A stretch of 63,307 bases of DNA, the filler included, from Craspedostauros australis (lineage: Eukaryota): the NCBI GenBank assembly GCA_030167865.1. It is 10 parts of 10 records of this genome, joined end to end, with 100 filler letters (N's around TTAATTAATTAA, not from the genome) between each part and the next. Parts side by side here need not be neighbours in the genome. Positions count along the whole stretch, not along the records: positions 1 to 28,055 come from JALAGF010004839.1; positions 28,156 to 31,321 come from JALAGF010004845.1; positions 31,422 to 34,368 come from JALAGF010004846.1; positions 34,469 to 37,916 come from JALAGF010004847.1; 6 more parts are not named here. One strand, written 5' to 3'. This document shows positions 24,197-36,892 of this stretch, in pieces (positions within the stretch are counted from its first letter, which is position 1; each line of letters begins with the position of its first letter). A program made the translations under genes and the position numbers. A model generated the notes under the pieces. It worked only from the letters and a program-made list of their open reading frames with translations. It was not told the origin of the DNA and did no database searches.

Positions 24197-27100
24197 CCAC
24201 AAAGTCGCACTCGGCGGCTTACGTCCGTCAGCATGTCTCTGCCATCTGATACTCCACGGGCAGAGCTCGACTCACACGCGGATACTTGTTGTTTTGGCGA
24301 CACTGCGTACATCGTGCATCACACCGATCAAACCGTCACTGCAACCCCTTTTATTGACTCGCTTGGGTCCATCGATAATGCACCAATCGTCACAGCTGCG
24401 ATGGCATACGATGATCCAATTACATATCAAACATTCATTCTTTTCTTTCCACAATCGATCTACTTTCCTCGTCTTGAACATCCTTTGTTGTGCCCCAACC
24501 AAATGAGGGCTGCGGGTATAGTCGTGAATGATGTTCCTCTGCTCATGATCAAGGAGCACGAACGGAAGCCGGAAGACCACTCTGTGGTCTCATCCGACAA
24601 CGACCTACACATCCCTCTACGATTGCAAGGCACTGTATCCTACTTCCACATGAGGAAGCCAACACAACAAGAAGTCCAATCCGATCGTGACTGTATACAC
24701 ATCATGATGACACAAGAGGCCACATGGGACCCATCCCAGTGGTCGTCAGGGGACGACGAAGACGCCATTCGAGCGTCTCTTTCATCACAACGAACCATAT
24801 CGTTCATTAACATCCACGGTACACACACATCCAATCGAAAGGGGACTATCACACCCGATATCCTCGCACAACGCTGGCGCATCGGAACGGAAGCCGCTGC
24901 ACGTACCCTGGACGCAACAACACAATTGGCCGTTCGCGACTTTCGTCACTCATCAGGAACACGCCGTCTCAATCCTTACGCCATGCAACTACGATATCGT
25001 CGGCTCAACACCCAACTTTACGCCGACACCATGCACGCAAAGACCAAGTCGATTCGTGGCAATAAATGCGCCATGATCTATTGCACACCGTTTCACTGGG
25101 TCCGGGTGTACCCAATGGCGGAACGTAAGGAAGCACACCGTACACTTGACGAACTATTTCGCGATCACGGCATCCCACACACCATCATTCCTGACAATGC
25201 CAAGGAGCTCGTCGCTGGCGAATTCCGTCGCAAACTACACAAAGCACAAGTTTCCATTCGACCGATCGAAGCATACATCCACAATCAGAACAAAGCAGAA
25301 GCAACCATCCGTGAGCTTCGGCGCCATTATCGACGGCTGATGACCTCGACCGATACACCAGAGTACTTGTGGGACTACTGCTTCGAATACTGTGCCGAGA
25401 TACGCAGTCACACTGCACTCGCCATCCATGATCTTCACGGCGAGACACCGGCCACCATCTTGTCCGGTGACACTGCTGACATCTCCCACATTGCTGAATT
25501 CGGCTGGTTTGACTTCGTGTGGTATATTAACATCCAGGACGCATCCATGAACGTCAAGCAACTTGGTCGATACCTTGGGCCAAGTCGCTCTGTTGGTGAT
25601 GCAATGTGCTCGTACATCCTCACTGCCAATGGCGTTGTTGTCTCCAAATCCTCTGTTTTGCCTCTCTCTCACGACGATACACACAGCGACGTCATCACAC
25701 ACAAATGCAATGAATTCATGGATACACTTCGATCCAAATGGAAGCAACGAATGGAGGGCATCACAATCGACGACGATGGCGACGACGTTGATGATACTGC
25801 AGAAGACATCGCCATACTACAGAACACCGAACCATTGGAACAAATCATGGAACCAGACGATGTTGACAGTGCAACCTTCGACAAATACATCGCAACTAAA
25901 GTCATTCTACCGACAGGGGACGAAATGCAACATGGAACAGTCAAACAACGAAAACGAGACACAGAAGGCAACCTCATCGGCCGCTCTCATCCGAACCCTA
26001 TGCTTGACACCGCCCAATACGAAGTCGAATTCATTGATGGACACCACGAGGTGTTCAGCGCCAATCAAATCGCGGAGAATATCTACGCGCGTATCGATGA
26101 CGACGGATACACGACTGTGCTGATGGACGAAATCATCGACCACAAACGCTTGCCATCTGTTTCTTCTCCTTCTCCTCATTCCAAATCTACAAAAGGCTGG
26201 AAGCTCTGCATACGATGGAAGGACGGGTCCACATCCTGGATCCACCTACGCGACGCAAAAGAAGCCGATCCAGTACGCGTTGCCGAATACGCTGCAGATA
26301 ACAAGCTCGTCAACGAACCTGCATTCAAGTGGTGGGTGCCACACACCCTACGCAAACGACAACGCATCATCACGGCAACGAAGCGGCGACACGTCCGAAA
26401 GAACGAGATGTTTGGCGTGGAGCTCCCTACCTCCGTGCGTCATGCGCTTGCAATCGATGCAGCTACAGGCACGGATCTGTGGCGACAGGCCATCGCGAAA
26501 GAAATGAAGGCCGTGCGACCTGCATTCGACATCAAGGAACTGGACACTCCTGATCCCGTGGGCTACCAATACATGGAATGCCACATGATATTCGCTGTCA
26601 AGGTGGACCTCACAAGAAAGGCGCGACTTGTCGCTGGGGGACACATGACGGAGGCACCTGCAACAATCACATACGCGAGTGTGGTGTCACGCGAAAGCGT
26701 GCGCATTGCGTTTTTGATCGCCGCACTCAATGACCTGGATATCCTCGCTGCGGATGTCCAGAACGCTTACCTCAATGCTCCATGTCGGGAACGCATATAC
26801 ACACGATGTGGTCCGGAATTCGGATCCGACCAGGGGAAGATCGCAATCATTTGTCGGGCCCTGTACGGATTGAAGTCGAGTGGAGCAGCATGGAGAGCAC
26901 ACTTGGCAGAGACACTGCGCGATTCGTTGGGATTCACATCCTGCCGTGCCGACAGCGACGTCTGGATGAAGCCTGCTGTTGCGAGCAATGGGTCAGAATA
27001 TTACGAATACGTGCTCGTGTACACCGACGATATCCTTGCTGTATCCAAACAACCGCGACGCATCCTTGATGCGATTGACTCACACTTTTTCCTCAAACCG

Positions 27101-28055
27101 AGTTCCATTGGCCCCCCAACAACGTATCTTGGATCCACCATCTCACAATTCCACCTTACTGCCGATCCGTCACGCCCCAAATGGAGCATGGGATCACAAG
27201 AATACATCAAGTCCGCTCTCAAGATCGTCACCAAATACCTCAACGAACACAATCTGCGACTCAAGACAAAAGCACCCAGCGTCCTACCGAACAAGTATCG
27301 ACCGGAATTGGATGGATCACAATTGTGTGACGCCGAACAAATGACATTCTACCAGCAACTCATCGGTATACTGCGCTGGACTGTGGAACTTGGACGAATC
27401 GACATTTGCTGCGAGACCTCGATGATGGCATCGTACTGTGTTGCGCCACGAATTGGTCACTTGCATGCTCTCTTTCATATGTTCGCATACCTCAAATCTC
27501 ACGATCGTTCTCGCCTTGTTTTTGATGATGCATACATTGACAAACCGCCTGTGATGCAACCCAACTGGAACGATTTCTACCCTGACGCTCATGAGCAATT
27601 GCCTGCTGACATGCCACCGCCGCGCGGAAAGGAGGTTCAAATGACGTGCTTTGTTGATGCTGATCATGCAGGTGATCGCGTCACGCGACGCTCACGCACT
27701 GGTGTGCTTTTATTCCTGAATACATCACCGATACTATGGTACAGCAAGAAACAGAACAGCATTGAGACATCCACATTCGGCAGCGAGTTCACGGCACTCA
27801 AAGTCGCAACCGAGATCATCATCGGCATGAGATACAAACTCCGCATGATGGGCATTCCACTGGATGGCCCGGCGGACGTACGGGTCGACAATCAGAGTGT
27901 AGTATACAACTCCTCACTACCAGAATCACAATTGCGGAAGAAAGCCAATGCCATCGCATATCACTTCGTCCGAGAAAGCATTGCTGCGGGCATCTTGGTG
28001 GTCCAACATGAACCATCGGAAACCAATCTGTCCGACATGCTCACGAAACAACAAC
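24197..28055 (+). CDS. Copia pol (PR-IN-chromo-like-RT-RNaseH), in frame with gag
   Basis: Uninterrupted frame from the codon after the gag TGA (first ATG 24233) to the contig end. Confidence 0.9.
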
Positions 28056-28155
28056 NNNNNNNNNNNNNNNNNNNNNNNNNNNNNNNNNNNNNNNNNNNNT
28101 TAATTAATTAANNNNNNNNNNNNNNNNNNNNNNNNNNNNNNNNNNNNNNNNNNNN
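28056..28155. other. Artificial contig linker N44-TTAATTAATTAA-N44. Further copies at 31322-31421, 34369-34468, 37917-38016, 48571-48670, 50387-50486, 51949-52048, 57958-58057 and 59097-59196
   Basis: Nine identical 100-nt spacers with a core that has stops in all six frames, as used to concatenate contigs. Confidence 0.98.
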
Positions 28156-29934
28156 AGATGGTGTGGATACCCCACTCCACACTTCTCCAATGTTCCTATT
28201 TCTCGGACTACAGCAGAGAAGATACTCACCTTTACCTTCAGCGCAACTCACCTTCACCCATGTTCGGTAGAAAACAAACATGAAAGATGAAAGATGAAAC
28301 ATCAGCGATGGTTTGGCTCCGCATCTTTGATTTTGGTGGGTTGCGGACTGTCATTGTTGCTGCCATTGTTCTGTGTTTTGATGATCGTCTTCACCTTTGT
28401 GGCGGAATTTGTGAGCACGTTTGACTTTGGCGACAGCGTGCCATGCTTTCCAAGATTGACCGGTGTGTCGTGCGACATCGTGTCTGGCCTAAATGGCCGT
28501 TGGAGACAAGATCCCACTACTGGGTCGATGTGGTCGAATGGACGCGCACGCTCGTTTGTGGGATCGGTCCTGCTCGGTGTCACGTTTTGAGAGAGCGGAG
28601 TGATGCCAATCACAACGGATCATCCGCATTGGTTGTTGTGAGAAAGATGTGTTGTCAGCCAAACGCTGATTGTCATGTGTGCGTGCATGCGCGCACGCGC
28701 ACTAGGGCATGCATGCGTAACAGTAGTGAGTCGCTGTTGGGCGATGAGTTGCTTGTCCGTTTGTCAGTCTGTCCTTTCTGTGTTTGTGCCTTGTGTTGTG
28801 TCAGATGTGGCCGTGTAACTTGGTAGCCAGTTGATGAAATGTGACTGTTGATGAGATGTGACCGTGGATGGAATTGGACCGCTGATGTAACACGAACAAC
28901 AACAACAACAATCAAACTCAGCAATCGATGGGCAGAATGTGATGGACCAACTCACAGCCGAATAGAGTAATGCAAGCATCAATCGGGCGCTCCTGATGAG
29001 ATGGCCTTGACAGAAATGTTGTTTTCCTCGCGATGGTGACTCCCGGTATTGCGGATCACCTCTTCCAGCCATTCATCTTGACGCAACAGGTGTTTTTGCC
29101 TGGTGATGTTTGCATCTGTCTCGACAAGTGCTTCCGCCGATCGTCTGCGTTGGGGACAGCACAACCTTGTCGCAGGCGCTGCGATACGACGCTGGAGTCG
29201 CAAGAGTCACTGTATTGCTTTGCTCGTTCGGATGTTCCGGAGGCGTTCCGACCCCAATTCCGTGATGCGATGCGATGCTGCTACCAAGTGCATGGAGTTG
29301 CCAATCCCGAGAACGCGTAGCTTGTGGCCAATAGTGGAAAGAGAGCGAGCCATACATGCGTGGAACAAGCAGGAAAAGGCGATGACCCGATGCTCTCATC
29401 GTCATTCGCACAAGGGAAGTGACAGATATCCGCTCACAGCTGCAAAAGCGACGACGTCGAACGCGAGATCGTTTGAGCAACGTGTGCAAGACGTACACCG
29501 AAACACTGAAATGTTGCGACTCTGGCATCGTTTCGCACCCCCGTGCGATGCGTGATGGGTGATGCGGTCAGCATCTTGCGACGCCACAGTGATGGGCGAT
29601 CACAGCGTATGAAGCCGAAAGAGGATCGTCGTTTCGAAGTCGCAGCGGGAGCATGAGCACAAGCCTTGCGACGCAGCGATGGCGATGGCTGTGCCTTTTG
29701 GTTGCAGCGTGCGGTTTTGTGATGGCAACAAGTTGTGAATAGTACCGTTATAAAACGTTACATGTAAGTCTTTGAATAACATCAAGCGCGGTTTTTGTCT
29801 CCCATTCTTCTTCCGCCTACCTCTCTCGTCTCCTCTTTCTTGACGGTATGTAGGGCACCGTCCTAATTCTACAATTCTATATTGTCGAGTATGATGCTAT
29901 ACCGTGTTATAAATCAGTGCGTTTCATTCATGCT

Positions 29935-31321
29935 CTAGAGGTGTGATACGTCAGTCAGCACGGAAACCTCGTCGTCCTCGGCGTCACCAGTGTCGCCATC
30001 GTTCCTACGTTCAAATTCTGTGGCAGGCCTTGGTGATCTGTGCGTATTATCGCCGTGTGTCAATGCATCAGTCGGCGTCGTGTGAACCGATCCGCTGTGT
30101 GCTGATGCCATTGTCTTTTGGTTTGCGTAGATCAAGTTGTAGTGGCTGCGGTAATCAAACGTTGGGAGCACCTTGCCTGTGATGGNATTCCGGATGATGN
30201 CGGTGCCCGAGTTGATGACCACCATCTTGTTGCCCTGGTCGCCATTCTGCCTCACATATAGCTTCTCGTTGATGAACTCTCCTCTTTCTTGTTTCAGATG
30301 TTCCAGTTTGAGGACAGCACCCCACTGCCTGTAGTACTCGTAGGAGCGAGTGAACATTTCAACGATATCACTTTTCTTGCATAGCTTTGCGTTGGCCAGC
30401 ATGTACTCACCTGCCAACTCACACGCCAACGCCGCGTCATGAACGTGTCCGCAGTCAATGGAAGACACGATGGCATCCTCATACGCTTGCTTCACCTTGT
30501 TCAGTTGCTGTGCTGTCGATGATGTCTTCGTGACTGAGAGCAGCTCCGCTCGAAGCAGCAACGAACGGTTGATGCTTGAAAGTCCCTTCTTGCGGCACAT
30601 CGTTCTGATCATCTTCCTCATCTCCTTCAGCCACTTCATGTACTTCTTCTTCCTTGTTTGACGGTACAGGGCAGCCGCTGTCAGTCCAGTGCACACGACG
30701 CGCTGAACCGCCCTTGCGTAAGAGCTATCGCCAGCCACAGCCTTCTTGTGTCTCGTGATGATTGCTTCAGCAATGTCATACTTGTGGAAGATGATGCAGA
30801 GCTGTAGAAGTACGGTGAAAGCCATCCGAAATTCGAGAACATCGAGTGAGCTGATGTCGCCAGACTCGCCGAAATCTCTGAACTCTTCCCAATCCACGGC
30901 CTCATGACCCAACAGGACGGATGAAAATCGTATACCTTGCTTGACAAAGCCGGTGGCTGATGAGATCTTGTACAGTCGCATCTGATCGACGAGCTCGGTG
31001 TAGGAACGATAGATGTCTTGGAGCGGATAGCCTTCGGCCTGCGCAAGGAAGTTGCATGTCTGCCAGCATGTCAGCGCATCGCTGAAGGTGCCGCGCTCCA
31101 TGCTGGAGATGTAGCATGGAATGTAGCCATTTACGAGAGGTCCTATTGGCTCGCTCCATGGATGGATATAGAGTGCGCAGAGGATATGTGCAAGCCCTCT
31201 GATGGATGGACTCTTCGTCCTGTTCATGATCTTCACCGACAGCCTCCCGAACCGCAAGGCGCTTTGTTCGTCTCCCAGCTTTCCCATGAAGAGACCGTAG
31301 CTTGCGAATGCCAAGCCTACA
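29935..31321 (-). CDS. C-terminal helical/TPR-like part of a large STAND/AAA-type 'predicted ATPase' protein (5' part lost at contig end)
   Basis: Open frame from the contig edge. AFASYG...ALRFGRLS, YEDAIVSS...GHVHDAALACELAGEY and YEYYRQWGAVLKLEHL match the C-terminal pattern of COG3899-type ATPases. Confidence 0.7.
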
Positions 31322-31421
31322 NNNNNNNNNNNNNNNNNNNNNNNNNNNNNNNNNNNNNNNNNNNNTTAATTAATTAANNNNNNNNNNNNNNNNNNNNNNN
31401 NNNNNNNNNNNNNNNNNNNNN

Positions 31422-31888
31422 CCTCGTCGTCCGTTGGATGCTGGTTTCTTTAGCACCCTTGCGCAATCGAGTGGCATCGCGGGGACAACAGTTCGCGTTT
31501 GTCGCAGGGCGTATCGTGTGATCAGCTCCCCAAAGGCGAAAGGTGACAACAACTGTTCTACCACGAGACAAGCAGAGTTCTACGAGGGGAAACACTGTTT
31601 CGTTGTTGCCAAGTTGCAGTTCTTTCACGCACCATGCTGACAATGATGGCAGTTGCCTTGCTGACATTTGTGTTTTCGCTTCATTTTGACATTTCCCGAC
31701 ACACGAAGAGCTCACAATTCGCAACAGCACCAAAATGTTACTTCCTCACGGAACGTTCGCAACTGTTGGTTTTGGGCTGATTGGCTCTCGCCCAAGAGGC
31801 ATGCTCACCAATGACCTTTCGAGGGAGTCATTGCGACAGTTTGCGTCTGTGTTCGGGACACATTCGGACATTGTACACATCTTGTGGA
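31422..31888 (+). pseudogene. 5' fragment of a PIF/Harbinger-like transposase plus upstream region, interrupted by an LTR
   Basis: 31735-31888 encodes MLLPHGTFATVGFGLIGSRPRG...RQFASVFGTHSDIVHILW, closely matching the N-terminus of the transposase at 55935. The ~200 nt upstream is also homologous. Confidence 0.85.
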
Positions 31889-32576
31889 TGTCGAAATGTG
31901 TGACATCAGTAATTCCCGATTGTACGGGACTGAACCAAAATAGAGTACAGAAACAACAAATACCCCCCCTATCGTCAACGTGGCAAGCGCATGATCAATC
32001 ACTCCTGAGCGTTACAGGAGCACGTTACTTTTAGGACTACGGGGGATTTCGACATGGTAACGTAAACCTGTGGCTTACGCCCGGGAGAGCGAAATAGTTG
32101 ACTGAGGAAGAATCAGACCGGACCAACTTCATGGGTTCGNNNNNNNNNNNNNNNNNNNNNNNNNNNNNNNNNNNNNNNNNNNNNNNNNNNNNNNNNNNNN
32201 NNNNNNNNNNNNNNCCGCAGGTGGAACATCGAGACCTGGGAGGGCGACCGCTTGCATCAGCGGTATACGAAAAAGGAACGTGACAACGGTTTCAAGCAGA
32301 GTGCGAGAGAGAAGCTGAAGGCCCAACGACCCCAGAAGAAGACACACAGAGACGGACAAGCACAACAACCAACCAACCAATCATCGAGTACAAATCGCGA
32401 ATTAGGGAGGGTGTCGAAATGTGTGACATCAGTAATTCCCGATTGTACGGGACTGAACCAAAATAGAGTACAGAAACAACAAATACCCCCCNATCGTCAA
32501 CGTGGCAAGCGCATGATCGATCACTCCTGAGCGTTACAGGAGCACGTTACTTTTGGGACTACGGGGAATTTCGACA
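31889..32576 (+). mobile_element. LTR retroelement with short LTRs (31889-32054 and 32412-32576); interior mostly hidden in an N gap
   Basis: Two ~166-bp direct repeats with TGTCGAAAT...ATTTCGACA inverted ends. PBS-like TGGTAACG directly after LTR1 and PPT AGGGAGGG directly before LTR2. Confidence 0.85.
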
Positions 32577-33930
32577 TACCTGTGTTGGCGTGCAAGTGCA
32601 GTGCCACCCACAGCATATTGGTCCAAGTGCCTCTGCTCTTCCTGTGTTGGTCTCTTGTTTTGTCTGAGACTGCTCCCATGAATTTGACTCTTCCACCACC
32701 TTTACCTTGGCATCCATATTGTCAAGGAGTCCGTTGATGATTGCCAGTGTCTGCTTAGCTTTCATGAAGTTCCCTGAGTATGCAAGATACCCCAGTCTCC
32801 GAGATGTTCTCTGCTTCTTGGAGGTCCCAAATGTAGGAATATTCACTTTCAGCATACACTCCTTCCATCTCCATGCACCTGCTTGTGAAGGCCTCCATGT
32901 TGACGTTGGATCCCATGCTCAATTGCATGTACACATTTGGGTCTTTGGCAGTTGGCTTGGCCCAACACGCAAATTTCTTGAACTGGTTCCAGTCTTGGGG
33001 GAGGGGGGATGCCATCTGTCATTTTGATGGTTCCTGTTTCCTTGTGCCTCTTGTACCATGGGTAGATGACTAGCTTTGGGCCTTGTGCGAGTTCCTTGTC
33101 GGACCGTAGCTCGAACCTTGCCTGGAAGTCTTTTCTAGGCATACTGGATCTCTTGTTGATGCTGAGCTGCATGTTAAACCTCTTTTGTACCAGTGTTGAG
33201 GTGTTGCCATTCGTGTTTCTGTTCTGGCCTCTGCTGTCGTCCATCCTTGCACTTTGTCCTGGCTTCTCTCTTCCTCTGTTGCTGTGGATCTTCCGATGTT
33301 GTTGGCAAAACAGGCTTTTGCTTTTGCATTGGGATTGACTGAGTGGGCAGTGATGGATGTTTGGCACAGAGTTTAGGTTTTGACAAGTGTGATGAGGTTG
33401 TAGTGGATGGTGTGTTGGAAGCATCGTCTGGGATCAGTTTGTGACGAGTTCGCTAGCAGTTGCTTGATCTGGACTCTTTGTAGATTGTCCGATGCCACTT
33501 TGGCCACTCCAACATTGATTTTTCTGTCATCCATCACTCGTTGGGAAAGCTTTGCCAACTCCAGCACATTGGGCACTCCTGCTGACACTGTACTGACTTT
33601 GCCACCTTCTCACCGCACTTTGTTGGACAGCGTGCTCTTCAACTGGTCGTGCCTGTGGTGCCGTTGTTCTCCAAAGACCTCATATTCCTTGAACCCCTTC
33701 AACTTTTCAGCAATCGTCTTGTCAAGATTTTTCCAACAGCTGGTTTTGGGCTCTCTCACCTTGGTGGATACTTTTCCTTGTAGTGTGATTGTTTTGTACT
33801 CGTTGAGCTTCGGGTCTGGCTCTGGAGGAGGCTTGGGCTTTCCTGTGTCTGTCGCTGTTGCCTCCTTGTCCTGGGACTTCCTCTCATCGCCGTTGAGAGA
33901 TCTTGAAGTTGGGTCATTGTTGGTCACCAT
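32577..33930 (-). mobile_element. Degenerate ORF1-like region of a diatom non-LTR retrotransposon
   Basis: Frameshifted fragments (KLVIYPWY, LPQDWNQFKKF, DLQEAENI..GYLAYS) resemble the ORF1-like fragments at 59562-60775, which lie upstream of an APE endonuclease start. Confidence 0.5.
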
Positions 33931-34468
33931 TGTCGATCTTTCGTTTTCTCTTACTACTGGTTGAGCGTGTAGAATTCGTACTGGAGGATTGTTGATTGGT
34001 GTTCTCTTTTTGGTTTACTAGTGTTTTCGTTTGTTTGCTGTGTTGGGGTTGCTGTCATTATGAGAGAGGATGAAAGTAGACCCACACCATATCACCTATT
34101 ACTGTTGGTAGTGGTTGGTGAAGTCCCACGGGAAAAGCATATGACCCGTGTGAGTCAATAGCGGTGCGGTCCCTCCAGGATTCTTTGACTTTGGACCTCC
34201 AATTTGCATGCAATTTGGCATAAATATACTTTAATATACTTAGATTCACAATACGAGATTGTAGCGTCATAGGGACCTTATTTTTAAAGTTATGAGGTGA
34301 TGAAGTTGGGCAGGCTACCTCTAATGGAGCCCACGATCTGTCGTGTTGTTTTTCTCGAGTTTGGGACTNNNNNNNNNNNNNNNNNNNNNNNNNNNNNNNN
34401 NNNNNNNNNNNNTTAATTAATTAANNNNNNNNNNNNNNNNNNNNNNNNNNNNNNNNNNNNNNNNNNNN

Positions 34469-36841
34469 GTGCGGAGTGCATCTGCATATGGTGGATCGCT
34501 GCCAAAGAATTGGCGATCTGGTGACTCTTTCTGATTCTTCGCTACGGTGATGTTGGCGATGGCGGTGGCAGTGCTTGCAGCTGCTGCCCACAGACCATGC
34601 CTATACTCTTCGTCGAGCTGTGCTCCATTTAGCATGGAGCGGATCTTGGTGTAGAGGTACGCGAACTTGCATTCCACTCTACCGTTCTGCTGTGGTGTGT
34701 TCGATGCTATGTACTCGAATTTCACATTCAGTCCGGCATCGATGAGAATATCTTGCATGGATTTGTTCTCTCCGCTGTTATCACCTTGGAAGATGCTTTG
34801 TTGATCACCAGTCTGTGACTTGATCGTCTGGACGAATCGTTTGATGTATCCTGGTTAATCACTTTTGTTCTTGAGAAAGAAACTCCAGCAGTGATCTGTG
34901 CAGTCGTCCACGATCAGGGTCCAGTAGCGTTCATCTCCGAAGCGTATGTGTGTTGTGTAACTAATGTCAATGAAGAGTCGTTCGCCGCGGCGAGTTGCTC
35001 TCGGGATCGTCGCCTTCGAGATGTTCTTCACTCTCGTATTCGCGACCGCACAGTCGCGACACACCGGCATCTCGCTGATGATCTTCCATCCGTATTGAGC
35101 GGCTGTCCGCTTCATGGTCTCGAGTGGCGCGTGGCCGAGCATTCGATGCAAGTTCACTGCGCTGATCTCCTTGGATGGGCTCTTGATGATGGCTGTGCAA
35201 GCCTTGTCATCGTCAGTTGGCATGATGGGGTGCATCTGCACTCCTGTGATGAACCTGTTGGATGTGGGGAAGACTCGATCGAAGATGATCTTCTTTCCGG
35301 ATCCATTGATGATGTCCATCAGAATGCCGTTGCTACCGAGTTGGTAACCGTTGTACAGAGCCTTGTTCGTAGAGAAAAGGTTCACCGCCATCTTGGGTGT
35401 GTACTTCACATCATCGAGCCGGATGATGTGGCCAGTGTCGTCTCGTTGCTTGACCTTCAAGCGAATGGATCCCATTTTGGGAGAGTCAAGCTTCGTGCTG
35501 TCTCCCACTTGGACGAAGGACTTGACGTGCCGCATGTTGAAGAGAGCGGTGTCCAAGTTGACGATGTGACATGAAGCTCCACTGTCGGCAAGTCAGGTAT
35601 CCTTGTTGACGTTGTCCTTGTATTTGGTACTCAGCTCGTGGAGCTGCTCCATGGCTGCTGCAGCTATTTCGTTGTCAAAGCTGCCATCGTCGTCGTCTTT
35701 GTGAACTCCATCTTCGTTGTATGGATTATGGTGATCTTCATCATCCATGTCGTCAGGTAGTTGTGCATAGTCCGATGGAACCGTACTGCTCCGGTGAGTT
35801 CTGGTGACTGGATCGAAAGGCGTCACCCGTGGTCGCTCACGCAGTAGCACATGCATGCATCCTCCCAGGATGTAATGCAGATCCGTCTCTGGAATCGTTT
35901 CTGTGTTCTCTGCTTCCAACAATCGGTTGATGATGACTGAGTTGGCGAGAATCTCTTCGATGGATCTGAAGTTCTCAGACAGGATGGATCTTATCATGTT
36001 CACCCATATTGGTCTGAGCACTCCTTGTGCGACTCCTGGGAACATCTTCACTCCTGCTTCCATTACGGCATCGAAGATGAGTTGCTTCTGAATTATCAAT
36101 GCTGTTGCTGTTGCGTAGGGAATCGTATCATGTCGGTGGATGTGATTCGAGTTGTTGGGACTCTCGATCGGTGGGAATTCAATGTTCATTGGGTAAACGA
36201 CACGCTCGTTTGGATTGAAGCTGTCGTCTGGGTGATCTTCTGTTTCATCACTGTCGTCTTCGTCGAAGATGCCCGATCTGTTGTTCCCTGCCGCTGGAGT
36301 GGGCAGCGCTGCGCCGCCATTTGTTTCGTCTCGGCCTCTGTCATTGTTGTTGGGTTCGTCGTCATCTTCTTCACTCACGGCCTCCTCGATGTCGCTATCG
36401 ATGGCCTCGTTGCCCATCTCAGCTCTGTTGCTGTATGGACCGATCAGGTTGTTTGCGTTGAAGCAGCATTCGTAGCTCACTTCGCGTCTTGGATCCACCT
36501 CGTGGATGATGGGCTCTTTGCTGAGCCACTCCGGGACGATCTCATCGTCCTGCACTTCGTCGTCACTCCCGACACACTCGAAGTCATCGAAGAAGGAGTC
36601 TTCGATGTAGTCATCGGACACCAACATGCAGAGCAGCATGTCTTTCGCTGAGAGTACCATCTCGTGCCCGCTCTTGTCGTGTCCTTGTGTTGCCGTGTTG
36701 GCCTGCTCGTCGGCCTTCTTCTTTTCGTTGAACTTCTTCTTTCGGCACTCCGCCTCGCGATGCCCGAAGATGCCGCAGTAGTTGCACTTGCCGTTGAAGC
36801 CGCTTCCCTTGTTGCGGTTGTTGTTACGCTTTCCGTTCATC

Positions 36842-36892
<51 letters not shown>

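Larger units (their letters stand above)
22703..28055 (+). mobile_element. Ty1/Copia LTR retrotransposon of the diatom CoDi type, internal region (3' end cut off by the contig end)
   Basis: Order is gag, protease (ELDSHADTCC), integrase (LYADT...PDNAKE...QNKAE), chromo-like segment, RT (RKARLVAGGH, ALYGLKSSG, LVYTDD) and RNase H (FVDADHAGD, TSTFGSEF, VDNQSV). Integrase before RT indicates Copia. The 5' LTR should lie within ~21660-22240 but could not be delimited. Confidence 0.95.

Noticed and set aside
28156..29930. Short ORFs and donor-like sites near 28230-28613
   Set aside because: May be the 5' end of a minus-strand gene cut by the contig edge; no recognisable protein.
35593..35595. TGA before the protease of the second Copia as programmed readthrough or a UGA=Trp code
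   Set aside because: It replaces a conserved Trp, the same copy has another stop in integrase, and host genes here use TGA as stop; simple nonsense mutation is more likely.
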